Of a stretch of DNA of 64,000 bases, positions 1-13,729 are shown one piece after another. Below the pieces are notes generated by a model. The model saw nothing but the letters and a program-made list of their open reading frames with translations, did not search any database and was not told the DNA's origin. How positions within the stretch are numbered: the first letter of the stretch is position 1; each line of letters starts with the position of its first letter. The stretch covers positions 43,650,001-43,714,000 of the forward strand of contig NC_045696.1 of the NCBI RefSeq assembly GCF_009834535.1, read 5' to 3'. Both the position numbers and the translations under genes were made by a program. Source of the DNA: Camelus ferus. Lineage: Eukaryota.

Positions 1-434
1 TTTGGAAAAGATACTAGTATATTACTAAGCACTCTTAAAACTCAATACAAAAACAAAAACCCATTTAAAAAGTGGGCATATGACCTGAACAGTCCCTTCA
101 CCAAAGAAATATACAGATAGCCAATAAGTATAGAAAAAGATACTCAACATTGTATGTCATTAGGTAATTCCAAGTAAAACAAGGAGATACCACTGACACC
201 TATTAGAATGGCCATAGTCTGGAACAGTGACAACACCAACTGCTGGTGGAAATGTGGAGTAACAGGATTTCTCATTTATTGCTGGTAGGAATGCAAAATT
301 GTACACTCACACTGGAAGACACTTTGGAAGTTTACTAGAAAACTAAACATGCTCTTATCATACAATCCAGCAATTGGACTCTGTTATTTAACTAAATGAA
401 GTAAAAACTTATGTCCACACAAATATCTGCATAT
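1..434 (+). mobile_element. Old L1 (L1MC-like) ORF2 3' region, degraded
   Basis: Typical L1 ORF2-end motifs: aaaagtgggcatatgacctgaac, cacctattagaatggcc, gctggtaggaatgcaaaa, tacaatccagcaatt, aaaacttatgtccacac. Confidence 0.8.
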
Positions 435-1590
435 TCTCTGACATAAACCATAGTAATGTTTTCCTAGGTCAGTCTACCAAAGCAATAGAAATGAAAGCAA
501 AGATAAACAAAAAGAATCCAATTAAATCTAAAAGCTTTTGCACAGGAAAGGAAACCATAACTAAATGAAAAGACAACCTACAGACTGGGAGAATATATTT
601 GCAAGTGATGCAGCTGACTAGGGCTTAACTTCCAGAGTATACAAATAACTCATACAACTCAATAACAAAAAACAAATGAACAACAACAACAACAAACCAA
701 CCGAATCAAAATATGGGCAGAGGACCTAAACAGACATTTTTCCAGTGAAGTCATACAGATAGTGATGAGACATGATGGGACATGATGAGACATGATGAGA
801 TGCTCACTGTCACAAGATAATGGATCACTTCAAACCAGTCAAAATGGCTATCATCAAAAAGTCGACAAATAATAAATGCTAGAGAGGGTGAGGAGAAAAG
901 GGAACCCTTCTACACTGTTGGTGGGAATGTAGTCTGGTGCAGCCATTATGGAAAACAGTATGGAGATTCTTTAAAAAACTAAATTAGAGCTACCACATAA
1001 TCCAGCAATCCCACTCCTGGGCATATACCCAGAAAGAAATCTAATTCAAAAAGATACATGCACCCCAATGTTCGTAGCAGCACTATATGCAATAACCAAG
1101 ACATAGAAACAACCCAAATGTCCAATGACAGATGATTGGACAGAAAAGATGTGGTACATATGTACAATGGAATACTACTCAGCCATAAAAAGAAATGAAA
1201 TTATGCCATTTGCAGCAACATAGATGGACCTAGAGATTATCATACTAAGTGAAGTAAGTCAGATAGAGAAAGACAAATATTATATGATATCATGTATATG
1301 TGGAATCTTTAAAAATTACACAAATGAACTTATTTATGAAACACAGACAGCCTCACACATATAGAAAACAAACTTATGGTTGCCAGGGAGAAAGATGGGG
1401 TATAAATTGGAGTTTGAGATTAGCAGATAGAAACTACTATATATAAAATAGATAAACAACAAGGTCCTGCTGTATGGCACAGAGGACTATGTTCAACAGC
1501 TTGTAATAACCTATAATGAAAAATGAATCACTATGCTCCATACCAGAAACTAACACAACATTGCAAATGAACTATATATCAATTTTAAAA
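435..1590 (+). mobile_element. 5'-truncated cetartiodactyl-type L1 (ORF2 C-terminal part plus 3'UTR), nested in the older L1
   Basis: aaaagacaacctacagactgggagaa, aatccagcaatcccactcctgggcatatacc, tactactcagccataaaaag; 3'UTR ataaacaacaaggtcctgctgtat...aacacaacattgcaaatgaactata; possible 7-bp TSD tgcatat (428-434 / 1591-1597). Confidence 0.9.
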
Positions 1591-1601
1591 TGCATATAAA
1601 T

Positions 1602-2060
1602 AGGAAAGATGCTCAACATAACTAGTATTAAAGAAAATGCTAGTAAAAATGTTATATATTAACTCTTACCTATTGAACTGGTGAAAAGAATAAACAAAAA
1701 ACAAAACAAACACGGAACTCTGAAATTTTATTTCTAGATGTGTTCACAGAAGAATTCTCCTAAGTATACACAAAAGATATGTGCAGGAGACCATTTATAA
1801 AAGTACCATTTGTTAGAGTAAATTAGCAGAAACAATCTAAGTGTTCTATAATAAATGAATAAATGCTTATATTTTCATACCATGGACAGTCACACAGCAG
1901 TGAAAATACTGAACAAAAACTGCATGTATCTTATATATATATGTGTGTGTGTGTATATATATATCTCCTCAAAATTGAATATCCACTAAAAGAAGTGTTA
2001 TGTAGCAAGAAATGTATAATAAACTGTCATAAGTATATTATACTATAAAATATGCAAAAC
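1602..2060 (+). mobile_element. Highly degraded L1ME-like fragments
   Basis: aaagatgctcaacataactagt, aaacaatctaagtgttc...aaatgaataaat; contains a (TA)(TG)(TA) microsatellite near 1932-1962. Confidence 0.55.
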
Positions 2061-2269
2061 TTTAGTATATAAGGCTTGTGGTTCTAAGAACTTACTAAAA
2101 TTAGATTAAAAGATCATGAGAATTTTCAACACAAAATTTTTGTTAATGATTCCTTATGAGTGCAGTAGAAGACCAGAATGATGAAGTCTGCATAGGAGGC
2201 CCTAATTTAGATTTTTTTTTAAAGAACACTGCTAGTACACAAAGTAGTAAACAGTTTGTAAAGCAATAT

Positions 2270-2696
2270 GGCAGCCATGAAAATGCACCTGTCAGATCTC
2301 CTGCTGCCTCAGCTGCTGAAATCTGTAATCTGACAACTGTAAGTGAATTTGTGCTAATGTGGTGCTTCCTACAGGTTGCTCCTGACAATGACTGAGCACA
2401 GCAAAGGGTAGTAAGGCAGATCGACACTTCGGAGATGTTTCACTTCCAACATGTGACTTTGTCTCCAGGAATCCCTGTCAGATTTGACAAAACTTAAAAC
2501 TGCATTGTAGTCTATGTATTTCTTCTTTCCTTCCCTCCCTTTCTCTTGCACAGTGTTCAAACTGTATCATGCTCCAGCGGCACTTCTAATTTTCCCTTGC
2601 TTGTCCCACACTTTTCCTCAACACCATTTTCTCCAATTAATCTCCTGCAAGTCTAATTCGATTTAATATCCTTCTCAGAAGATTCAGATTAACACA
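2270..2696 (+). mobile_element. ERVL LTR16-like solo LTR, degraded
   Basis: 3' end aattaatctcctgcaagtctaattc...ttctcagaagattcagattaacaca resembles the LTR16-family terminus; cctcagctgctg in the 5' part. Confidence 0.55.
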
Positions 2697-3020
2697 AGCA
2701 GATATGCCAAACTATTAAAATTCAATTAATCTCTGTACTGGTACAGTGGTAAATAAGCATTCGTTATGTGAAATATGCATAATTTTATAGTTTAATTTGA
2801 ACAGTATTTTGAGTAATCTATTGTTTCCTTTCTTATAATTTTCTTTGTTTTTTCCTTAGGCATTTGTTGCTTAGTAATCTGGGAAAAAAATATTAAAAAA
2901 AAAAAAACCTTCACATGTCAAAGTGAACCAAGATAAATATGCAACAGAATCATATCTTTTTGTCCTGAGTTTCAATACTCATGTGCTCTTTCCATGTATA
3001 TACTACATATCTGCTGATGA

Positions 3021-3118
3021 TATTTAGTCCATGAATTAAAAAATTGTGTGCTACACTGGAAATTGACACAATATTATAAACTGACTATAACTCAATAAAA
3101 CAAAATTAAAAAAAAAAA
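3021..3118 (+). mobile_element. Very short young camelid-type L1 3' end with poly(A)
   Basis: aaaaattgtgtgctacactggaaattgacacaatattataaactgactataactcaataaaa matches the other L1 3' ends at 33.7, 52.0 and 53.5 kb. Confidence 0.85.
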
Positions 3119-3939
3119 TCTGAGGCAGAATCACCTCTGTCTGCTGTCAAAAAAAAAAAAAAAAAAGAAGAAAACATACTTTCAAATATGTGCACTTTTG
3201 TGCCATACAACTCTCTTATCATCAGTAAGGAAACAAATATGCACATATTGTCCTCATTGTTCTCTTATATAGACATAAACCTGTCCTTTGGCAATTTCTT
3301 TTCCTAAGCAAGCTTTACTTTGCTGTTTGTTAACCACAACTTCCCCATTTCCCTCTTTCATGGGAAAACTTGATGGCAGACTCCTGGGTAGGCCTGCCAA
3401 GTTTGTCAAGGAAAAATCTTTAGCTTTTGCCAATTCTTAAACCATAATTCACATGCAAAATCAATAGCCCAATTTCATCTTTAATTGGATCCAATGATAA
3501 TCTATGTTGAACTATCTCTGTTAAGAAAGCTAGCACATATTCACTGCTATCTCTAAATATTTGCTTTTGCTATTCATACTACCTGGAATGTCCTTTTCAG
3601 ACTTTTATGTCAATTTGAATTTGTAAGTGTCTTCAAAATGTATTAGATTTTCAGCTTTGAAATAGTTTTCTCAATCACATTATCATTCTACATTTTTAAA
3701 GGATTAGAAGATAAATACAATCTTGAACTTTATTTGCTGCTTTATAATTGTTTTCCAGTTCTTTGATATTCCTAAGTAGTAAACATTTTTTAAAAACAAG
3801 ACTACATCTCTAAAGTAATTTTTAAGCCCTATATAGTGCACAGCTAGAATTCTCAAATGCATGAATGTTTAATTAATGAGCCACAACGCTGTTACCCTGG
3901 AGAGATCTCAGAGTGAAGCATTCACCACCAGTCATTTAA

Positions 3940-4460
3940 AATGCCATTCACTTCTTTGGGAGTATAAATTTGAAGAGCATTATGTCAATATATATCAAAA
4001 ATTTATTTGACGTTGTATTCTCTGTATTAGAGGAACACTATTCCCAGGGATTTACTTAAACAATAGTAATGTGCACGTGGGCAAGGATTTTGTTATATGG
4101 ATGTTCTGCGCATCACTGTTTATAATTTGAACATTATAGTTATAAGTTCAAAAACAGGGGTGTATTAAGAAAACAATTTTATAAACATAAAGTAAAACAC
4201 TATGTAGTCATTAAAATAATAATTTAGAGAATATTTAAACATGTTTAAACTTGCTAATGATATAATTTTGAGAGGAAAAGCAAAAGAGGAACCATTATGT
4301 CTAGATACATGACTTCTTTTTTGATAAAATTTCAATAAAAATACATGCATAAAATATTATGAAGTGTATTTTAAAATAGTGCTAGTAGTTATTGGAAATT
4401 TTTGTAATTAGGTTATTTTCTTATATTTGCTCACTTATGTTTTCTATTTTTTTGCAATAA
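3940..4460 (+). mobile_element. Degraded L1ME-like 3' region
   Basis: gggagtataaattt, ctattcccagggatttac, ggatgttctgcgcatcactgtttataat, cactatgtagtcattaaaa. Confidence 0.55.
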
Positions 4461-5415
4461 ACTTGGCTAGTTTATCTAATTAAATAATTATACAACTGAT
4501 AGGCATTTAAAAATAGTGAAGTCTCAAAATTGAACCTACTTTGAGCCCAGCCTTACCTAATACATTAACTGGATTTTTCTTTCTGGTTGGAGAATTAATG
4601 GGCAACGTCAGTGTGTATGTTTGTGTACTCTTTTAACTTTTCCTTTGTTAAATTTTCTGATGAATATTTATCTATTTCGTACTTTTAAAAATACTGAACA
4701 TTTAAAGGAAAATTCAACTCCTCAGCTGGTATTCCAATTATTTCTTAACCAAGTGTATGTGTGAGAAGAATAGGTGAGCCACAGTCATTTTTACACTACT
4801 TAAACACATTGGTGATAAATGCATTGATATTTTTTCTCTATATAATGCATCACAGAGAGTACCTTCATAAAATAACACTGTATATATATCAGTCATGGGG
4901 TGTGTTAAGGAAGAAAGTTCTTGATTATGAAGACTTTATTTTAATCAAACTGAGAGATGACTGGTTTTGCCCAGAATAACAGTTTCGTTTGACACCATTT
5001 GATTGGTGAGCAACAGATAAAGCTCAGAATTTTCAATTTCCTGTATTTGGGAATCTTGATTTATAGCTCTATAAGACGACTGCTGTCCAGCTGTGCAGGC
5101 CACTTTTCATTTGTACTTTTTTACACTTATATTCCTTTCTTTGTTTAGACTGGTCTCTACTGAGAACTCTTTTAGTATTGCAGATACCAGAAGAGGCCTA
5201 TGCTCCTACAAACTTTTTTTCCCCCTCACAGAATAGAATGTGAATATAATCCATTAAAATTAATTACTTTGTTGAAAAGAATGACCTAGCTACAATCAAT
5301 AGCTTTAGTTTATCCCATTTGATTAGTGACCTACTAAGGGTAGTATCAGTGCCCTTGAGAGATGGCTACATATTCTGAGAAGCACTATACCAAAATATAT
5401 CACTAATATTTAAAG

Positions 5416-5649
5416 CATGGCTTTTTAACTTGGCATTATTCACTTTCAGACAATTCTTTGTTGGGGATGGGGGTGGGGTGCTGTCCTGTGCATTGCAGGA
5501 TGTTTAGCATAATTTTGAGCATTTACTCACTACATGCCAGGAGCATCTCCAGCTGTGACACCAAAGAATGTCTCCTGACACTGGCAATATCCTCTGGAGC
5601 CAAAAAAAAAAAAAAAAAAAAAAAAAAAAGCCCCAGTTGAGAACCACTG
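5416..5649 (-). mobile_element. MER20 (hAT-Charlie non-autonomous DNA transposon)
   Basis: gctgtcctgtgcattgcaggatgtttagca and terminal ccagttgagaaccactg match the recalled MER20 consensus; reverse-complement related to the copy at 60.9 kb; internal A28 at 5602-5629. Confidence 0.9.
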
Positions 5650-7699
5650 ACATAAATAAGAAATCATAAAAACAAACAAACAAAAACCCTACAAATTCAA
5701 GAAGGATAAATAAAGCTGAATTTTACCCTGATTCTACTATAGTAGTTACTGAAACATACTTTCTGTTTCCCCATCTGCAATTTGGATAATATTATTCATA
5801 TCTACATCACAGTCTACAACCCATCTTCAATTCTTTGTGCCTCCCAGTGTGAATATTTTCATTCTCTAGTAAGATCAGGAGTTCATTTCAGGAAAAATGT
5901 GAGAAGACAAGAGTGATGGGTGGGTGGTCTCCTGAGGCTGCATACATCTGAAGTTACTTGGAGATTTGCACACCAGAATTAAGCTGTCTTTGTTTGCCTT
6001 CAAAAATTCCAAAATGAATTTTTCTTCCTTGAACCCATGAAGTCTGCAAAGTTAATTTGATGTTTAGGATTTCCTCCAGTTCAACTGAAGCTAAAGATAC
6101 ATGAAAACAACACTATAACTCTCTAAATTTGCTCAGAAATAGTGGGGGTTGGGGGGTTACTTTTCACCCAACTCTATGGCAAGGAGTTGAGGCTTGTTCT
6201 ATGGGAAACAGGATCCTAATTAATAATCATGACCCCTTTTCAAATATAGATAATACTTTTATTTAAAGAAAAGTAAACCTTAAACAAAAATACATTTAAA
6301 CATACAGTTCAGTTTAAGTTTGTCTTTTCACACCCAAATGGACTTTGAAACACTGTACAAATTTTCAAAACTTCCAGTCTCAGGGATTTCTCCTACACTG
6401 GTCATATTTGACCATGCTATGTCCTTACAGAAAAAGATTTCTCTTTGTACCATAAGCAAAAAGTTAGCATTTACTTAAAGAAATACTTTGTTTGTACTTT
6501 GTGTGAAAAGTTCACAGTTTATATTATAGTAGCAGTCAGACAGGTTTCAATAAAATGGAGACGTTGTTGATGATGAACTGATACCCCTAACTTAAATTAT
6601 TACAGTGGAAAGACGGAAATTAAGTCATTCTCAAAGAATGATAAACAAGAATTAGTGGAACAGTAGCTCTTTTTTTTTCCCCTATAGATGAAGCATAAGA
6701 GTTTGAAACCTAAGGATACAATGCAAGGCAAAGAGACAGCAGTGCTAAGTACAGAAGGGAGAGAGCACAGAAGAAGTTAGAGGACATATGCCTTTGTCAT
6801 CATAGCAGAGACACAGAGAAAGCCCAAAGGACTTGCTGCCAAGAGTAATCTGCATAGGAAGTTAAAAATTTGTGGAATTAAAAGGTAGGATAGAAAAAAA
6901 TATATATGTATATATATATATGGAATGTCTTTTCTCCTGTTCTCATAGATCTTATACATCTTTCTTTTTTAAGGGTTAAAGGAAAAGTTTATCATAGCAG
7001 AGATACTCTTATATACAAACTGGTTGGCCATGCTTGGTGTGAGATCATCCCTTTGAGTTCATTAGCTATTGAGGCTTGTGAGATTTGAATCTGGAAATGT
7101 GTTTCTTTGTGGGAAATGTAATAAAAGAAAACAACAGTTGGCTGATAAGTAACACACAACAAATGCCTCTGAACTTACTTAACAGCTGGTGTTGGTTCTA
7201 ATGTTGGACATTTAGTTTTATTAGAAGGAGAAATGATATTTAGACAAACTGGATTAGAAACATTGACTAAATGAGCCATAGGCATACAAAATGTAACCTG
7301 GGGCTTGTGGCTCAATGAGACTCTCAAAACAACTTCAACCAATCATTGCTGTGGACATACCTGTATGGTACAGGATATTTTTAAATCACCTCAAACAATT
7401 CCACCTTTGAAATGATATATACAGGTAGCCCAGTCCCATGGCAAATATCCGTCTCTAGCTTTCTCATATAGTTTAGTCACAATACGCTGGTTTTTGACCT
7501 CATAAAGCTATTCAAAGCGTGTTATCCTTTTTGGTTAGTCCTAAAGCATTTTCATTCTTCCATGTTAGGTTTTTCTGTTCAGTGTTATCAATTCTCTTAT
7601 TGCTTATACTGCCTTTTCAGTAGAACCAAGGAAAATCTGAACCCCCGACAAATCTTTCTATCTTCTCTGAACCAAAGCACTATCCAGAGAGAAATCTAT

Positions 7700-8110
7700 C
7701 CACATTCACAGATGGGTGCTTAAATATACTCATGGTCTCAACAGAAATTGGTAATCCTACCATTTTCATTTTTCCCCTTTTACATAGTAGATATTTCAAA
7801 AATTTCCATTCTTATCAAAACACTTTTTCACACCATACCCATCAAACTTCATTTTTTGCAGATATTTTTGCATCATATTCACAGAGAGAGTTAAGCAATG
7901 AGGTGAGTTTAACAATTTCCACCCACAACTATACAGATGAACTTACACCCACCTTACTCCTTTCCTAAGGCATAGAAAGGGTGCTCTTTCTACCCATATT
8001 CCTTTCTAATCCATTCCTCCCTATCACAGCCCTGACTCTTATCCCATCTTGCAGTCTCTCAAAGCTCACACCATTTGCTACCTCCTCTCTTTCACTTACA
8101 TGTAACCACT
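7700..8110 (+). mobile_element. Probable L2 body fragments
   Basis: Pyrimidine-rich L2-like text (tcttatcccatcttgcagtctctcaaag); heavily diverged. Confidence 0.4.
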
Positions 8111-11100
8111 TCTTTATCTGCATTAAAATTGAGAAGAAAATATTTATTAATATTCAAGTGCTATCCATCTATACATTCTCCCCTACTCCACATTCAGGAA
8201 TTAAACTCACTTCATTTTATATCCAACATCAGGAGCCCATGGAACACAGAAGAAATGTCCTCCTGGACACAAAAAGACAAGTGACCATGGTAAAAGAAGT
8301 GAAGGGGTAAATACATGGAACATTTATGGAAGTAAAGAAAAGAAAAGCTGGAAAGAAAAATGTCCATGGGTGACAGTCAGGGCCAAAATTCAGTGTCCAC
8401 ATGTTACACCAGACTAAAGCCCCATAATTGTGGATTAAATGAGGACAAAGTTGTTTTACTTATTAGACTGCAATGACATTTTAGACAGTCATCATGGAGG
8501 CTATGCTAAATTTGAAATTTCAGTTTTGAGAAGATCTAAATTGGATGTTTCATGTAGAAAACAAGATTTATGTAACAATATTTTTATTTCATAGAACTTA
8601 GTTTAAAATATCTTCTTCATTTGCAAACCGATTTCCTTTTTTTAATTAAAAATACATAGCAAAGAAGTCAATGCCGGATTTGCCCAAGTTAGTTTAATAA
8701 TGCCATTCTACACTTCCAATGTAGACTGAATTCCTAGAACTAATGCTATTAATTGTGGTCCTATAATCAGAAAAGATTTAAAATTAGGAAAAGGAACACC
8801 ACTACCAGAAATACATATGTTATTTATTTCATAGCCTCCTATTTCTGTTTATGGATTCAATAACCTCTCAGTTATCTGAAAATACTAATTACAATTTTGT
8901 AGAAATTCTGTTCTGTTCCTTGTTTAATCTTTTTTACTTCCTTACCATAAGATTGAATAAAAGAGATAAAGTCTTACTGATATTTCTGATTTTTTCCTTT
9001 TTTGCATTTAACAATTATTAAAGATTTGTCTCAATACTAATGAGGAAGAAGCTTCGACATCAAGTCTTAGGCAATATTCTAATCTTTTCTGTAGGTAATT
9101 ATTTTCAGGGTCAAAAAATAAACTACATGTTTATAAAGAATATTATAAAGGAACAAAGAAGAGCCTATTACTGTGTTATCAGTTATTTTCTAAAATTAAT
9201 AGCTGGGTTTAGATATTTTATTTGAATTTTTCTGGTTCTGACTTTTCTCTGCCATAGTTTTTATAAATTAGAAGGTGCGTGCACTTCTGTACATATGTAT
9301 ATATACATACATACATACATACACACATACTCTTTCTAAAAGACTGAGTCAAGATGAACTGTTATAACATTTTCTTCAACTTAAGTTTGTTTATGTATTA
9401 TTAAATAGTTAATAGTTTTCACTTTCATGTCTTATTTCAATTCAGCTAACAGTTACTGAATGCTTTATTTTAATTATTTATTGTTATTTTAACAAGAAGA
9501 ATAAAGGTGAATTATAGTATATGCCTTTCTGGTAAATAAAAATACTAAAGGGAAATACACAAATAAAGAAGTAATGTGAATGAAATAATATACTACAAAA
9601 CTGACTTATGCATAAAGGCTAGAAGGGGAAAGATAAATTATGTGGTGAAATCAGAAAAAGCAGATGGTCATCAAGGCTTATATTATCTAGGAAAAAACAA
9701 GAGAAGAAAAATAAATCACTGAAACATTATTACATGAGCAAAATATCAAGATATTTTGTTCCTTTTGTCTTGGAAAGTCAAAACAAAACAAATGATGATA
9801 ACAAAATTCCTAAGATGGTTTTAAATTTCAAATAGGACAGCAGTAAAGAACTATGGCAGTAAAGAATCATGACTTCCACAAGATCTAGAACAAGCCCATG
9901 TGGGTCTGCCACTCATGTAAATATCATTCATCATGTACATCATAATGGAACAGCCTTTTTAGAAGCGCACATCTAGAAAATTAATAATAAAATATAAAAT
10001 CTTGTTGAATTCATTTTAATCCAAAAGAGGCCACCAGTGGGGTTTTTTTGTTTTTTTTTTTGTAGCATTGCACCATATAATTAAGGAAAATAATTTGCCA
10101 AAAAACATGCCTAAATATATGTGTGCATGCAGGCACTGGCACACGCTTTTGTGTTGGAAGGGATGCAAGGAGGCATAATATGCTGACCATTAGCATGAGG
10201 AATTTGAAAACTTGATTTAGATTATTAATGAGAAAATATATTCATGGTAATAACATTGTATTGAAGGGAAAAAAATTAAATATAAACACATAACTTGCAC
10301 AAATTGGTCTTTCAGGAGTTTTTGCACCACCTCACTCAATGTGCAACATGTCATCTTGACATTTTAGTGAACTCCTTGACTCCACAAAGATGTATCTTTT
10401 TTTTTTTTTAACTTTGATTGGAGTATACTTCCCTAACTACTTTACCAATGACCTAACCATAACCCTTTTGGTGAAAAATGCATTTTTTATAAAAATAAAC
10501 ATAAGCCGTGAAATAAAACTTAGGCAGACTGAATTCATCATATTACATATTAAACACAAACTTTAATGCAGCAGAAAAGGAAGTAGGAAGAGCTACCGAC
10601 ACAGAAAAAATGTAACTGAAGTCTTATCTGAGGTTTGTTCAAACCAGCAAAACCACTCTTAAAAAAAAATATAGACCTAAAACCCATCCATACCATTCTT
10701 ATAACTCAGGCTTACCTCAGTGAGATGCTGAGTGATGTCTCACAGAGTAATAGAGCTAGACAGAAAATCAGATTTGTGTGTCTTTTGTACCTAGCATATT
10801 TTATCTTATTTAACCACTCTATCCCTTTGCCTGACTCCCTTTCCATAACAGTACAGTTCAGTACAACCTTGACTGACGCCAAATGGTTAAAAAAAAAAGA
10901 ATCTGAGAAATTTAACAACAACATATGTAATAGAGTTCTGTGGGTTGGGGCAATTAACTATTCTTACTTTTATAACTAAACTCCTAGAGAAATTGCTAGA
11001 ATGAACTAACATTTTTATATACCTTTTCCATCCTTAATTAAAATGTTTATTCTCTGGGAATTAAGGCAAGTGAGAGAGCTGAATTAATGAATCACTATGT

Positions 11101-11509
11101 TACTTAAAAGGAAAAGAAATTATAGATAGATATATAGATATGTCTATCTCCTTTTCTTTCCTTTCCAAGAATATGCTTCCTACCTGCTGTACCTGTGGAG
11201 AACACTAATTACAGCTCTTCCTTCTCTTGTCTCTTTAAGCTACGTGAGGATGATTGATTATTCTACTTTGTTCCCCTGTTCCACATTAAATCTCAGCTTG
11301 AATGGAGTAATTAAATATACAAACTGCATTGTCTGTATAATAGACATTTGTCATTCTTTTTGTCCACATGTCAGGACTGAATACTTTTTATATGTTTGAG
11401 AATTCTCCCAAAGGAAAATACAGAAATTTGCCTTTCCTGCCAGAGTACTTAGATTTGACCTAGGCTCCACAAATCAAAATCAGTGTATGAAGCTTTAATC
11501 TAGAAACTG

Positions 11510-11800
11510 GTCATGTGGAGCAGCAAGCAACACACAGAATTTGTTACTGCGTCATGGGTGGCTGCAACAATGTTCCACTTTCAGGGTCAGTTTGGCAGTA
11601 ATTCTAGCAATTGTGCCTGGTGGCAGCATGTGCACAGCAAGCTGCAGGGTCTGTTCCTGGAACCAGCTGGGGTCAGTATGTTTCCATTGGAACAGTCTTG
11701 TAGTATCATTTGCTTGATGCTCTTGACTGTGAGTCATTACAGCCTGGTACTCAGACATTTCTTAAGATTCTGTGGCTCCATAATAGCAATTGATCAATTC
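11510..11800. mobile_element. Possible ERVL (LTR33-like) LTR remnant
   Basis: GC-richer patch containing ggtctgttcctggaaccagc; weak recalled similarity only. Confidence 0.3.
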
Positions 11801-12897
11801 ATTTCCTCTAGAAACTATTTAAAGTATGTTTTTCTTGCTTCCAAACAAAAGAAACTCTGACTCATACACTCTAATACAAATTTTAAATCATATAAAATAA
11901 TTAACTGTTTCAAGTTATTTGAAATAAGTGATAGAGAACTTGTACTGATAAAAACAGAGAGCAAAAGTAGCACCCCTGCCCACAAATGCAGAGAATGAGT
12001 GAATATTTTCCTTGTTATTTTGCTAGGGGAAATATATTTTTCTCATAATTCTATACTTTTGTGGGACTCTCATTTTTTACTTTGAAATTCAATATAGTTT
12101 AGGTATACAAAGGAAAAATGGTCTCCACTGGAAATATGGTTAATATATAATTGTAGGTTATGGCTTATTTTTAAAGACGTTACCTTGCTCCATACCAGCA
12201 TACCTTTAATCTTTGAGGGTGATGTCTGATGAAGTTTATGAATCTATTTAATTCATATCTTATCAGAGTTTTCAATAAACTTTCCAAATGAGCTGTGAGC
12301 TTTTGCTTATAGGGTTGTTTTCCTTCTAAAAATATAATAATATGATCAGCTTTCTTTGTAAGGACTTTGTAAAGAAAACTATTTAGAAGCAATGCCCCAA
12401 GCCATTGATACTTATAGATATTATTAATAATAGTATACAGGAAGCATCTTGGTTCAGTAGAAAAAAACATTTTTAAGGTAGAAAATCTGACAGAAACATA
12501 TTTCTGCTATGAAAAGGGATTAAGCTCACCCTCACCCCATGATTTAAAGAGCAATGCTGATTCTAAACTGAGAATGCAAATAATAAAAAGCAAAGACATA
12601 GTGTGCTTGAGTTAGAAGAAAGAGGGATAAAACATTAAGCAGCCAACCTAGGGATTAATAAGGCAATTTTAATACTACTGTGAGACCAGTAATTACAATC
12701 GCTGAAATGGGAAGTAGACATCTTACAGCAGATTGTGTGGGTAAAGAGTGAGATGGAACATAAGCAGAGGATCTTGACCAGGAAAGCGGAGTCTGTGAGC
12801 TACAAATGCTTAAGTCTACAGTGGTCAACACCAGTTCTAAAGAGGTAACTGGAGATGGAGATTAGAAGCTAGTGTAACTATCTCTTACATATTTTCC

Positions 12898-12904
<7 letters not shown>

Positions 12905-12932
<28 letters not shown>
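12905..12932 (+). repeat. (TG)14 microsatellite
   Basis: Read directly. Confidence 0.98.
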
Positions 12933-13729
12933 AGACTTATGTGTAGCTTATCTATCTATAAAACGATCATTCTCTCTACATATGTATGTATAATTGTATT
13001 GTCATTATACCTTTTGCCAGTTCCATAAAATCCCAAGAGAAAGAGCCTTTACACACGGTTACATGTTAGCTACATGGTTCATGTAAATACCCTATGACAA
13101 CTTGAATCAGGATTCTGGTGCCCTAAGAGAATATTTTTCTACATTATATGAGATCTGTTTTTCCCTGGCTAGTCTTTGAAAGAAACAGCCATAAAAACTT
13201 AAAAATATTTCCAGTAAAAAGAACAAGCATAAAAAAACATGGAAGAAGCATATTTCTCAGGAAAAAGAAGTAGAAAAATCAGAATAGTAACATCAGTAGA
13301 ACATACAAAGATAAATTTCATTATTCCTTTTAGTTTGAATAAAAGCACGTGTGTAAGATGTTTCACAAATGTATGTTGAGACAAAAAACAATATAACATC
13401 ATCTTGAAGTGAGAGAATTCAGCAAATAATGGGATCAGTATCGCATTGCACTTTTATTGTGAGGGGAAAGTATTTGCTAATTTAAACATGAAACTTTGCC
13501 TAAACACTTAGAACAAGGATCTGTCTGTTGTCTGAGCCTGAATTCCTTCTGTGAAACAGAAGATATACAAAGTCTTGGTACATTGTTATTTCTTATGGAT
13601 CCAAAGAGTTTTATTTGAATATGTAATACAAAGTTGACTTGATAACTGTGAAATTAAAAAGCATAGAAGAGACAAAATCAATTGTCCTAACATAAGGAAT
13701 TTTGTTTTATATAGAGTCATTAAATAACT

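Noticed and set aside
10397..10428. Tiny antisense L1 tail (T-run plus aactttgattggagtata)
   Set aside because: Too short and no TSD, so it cannot be supported
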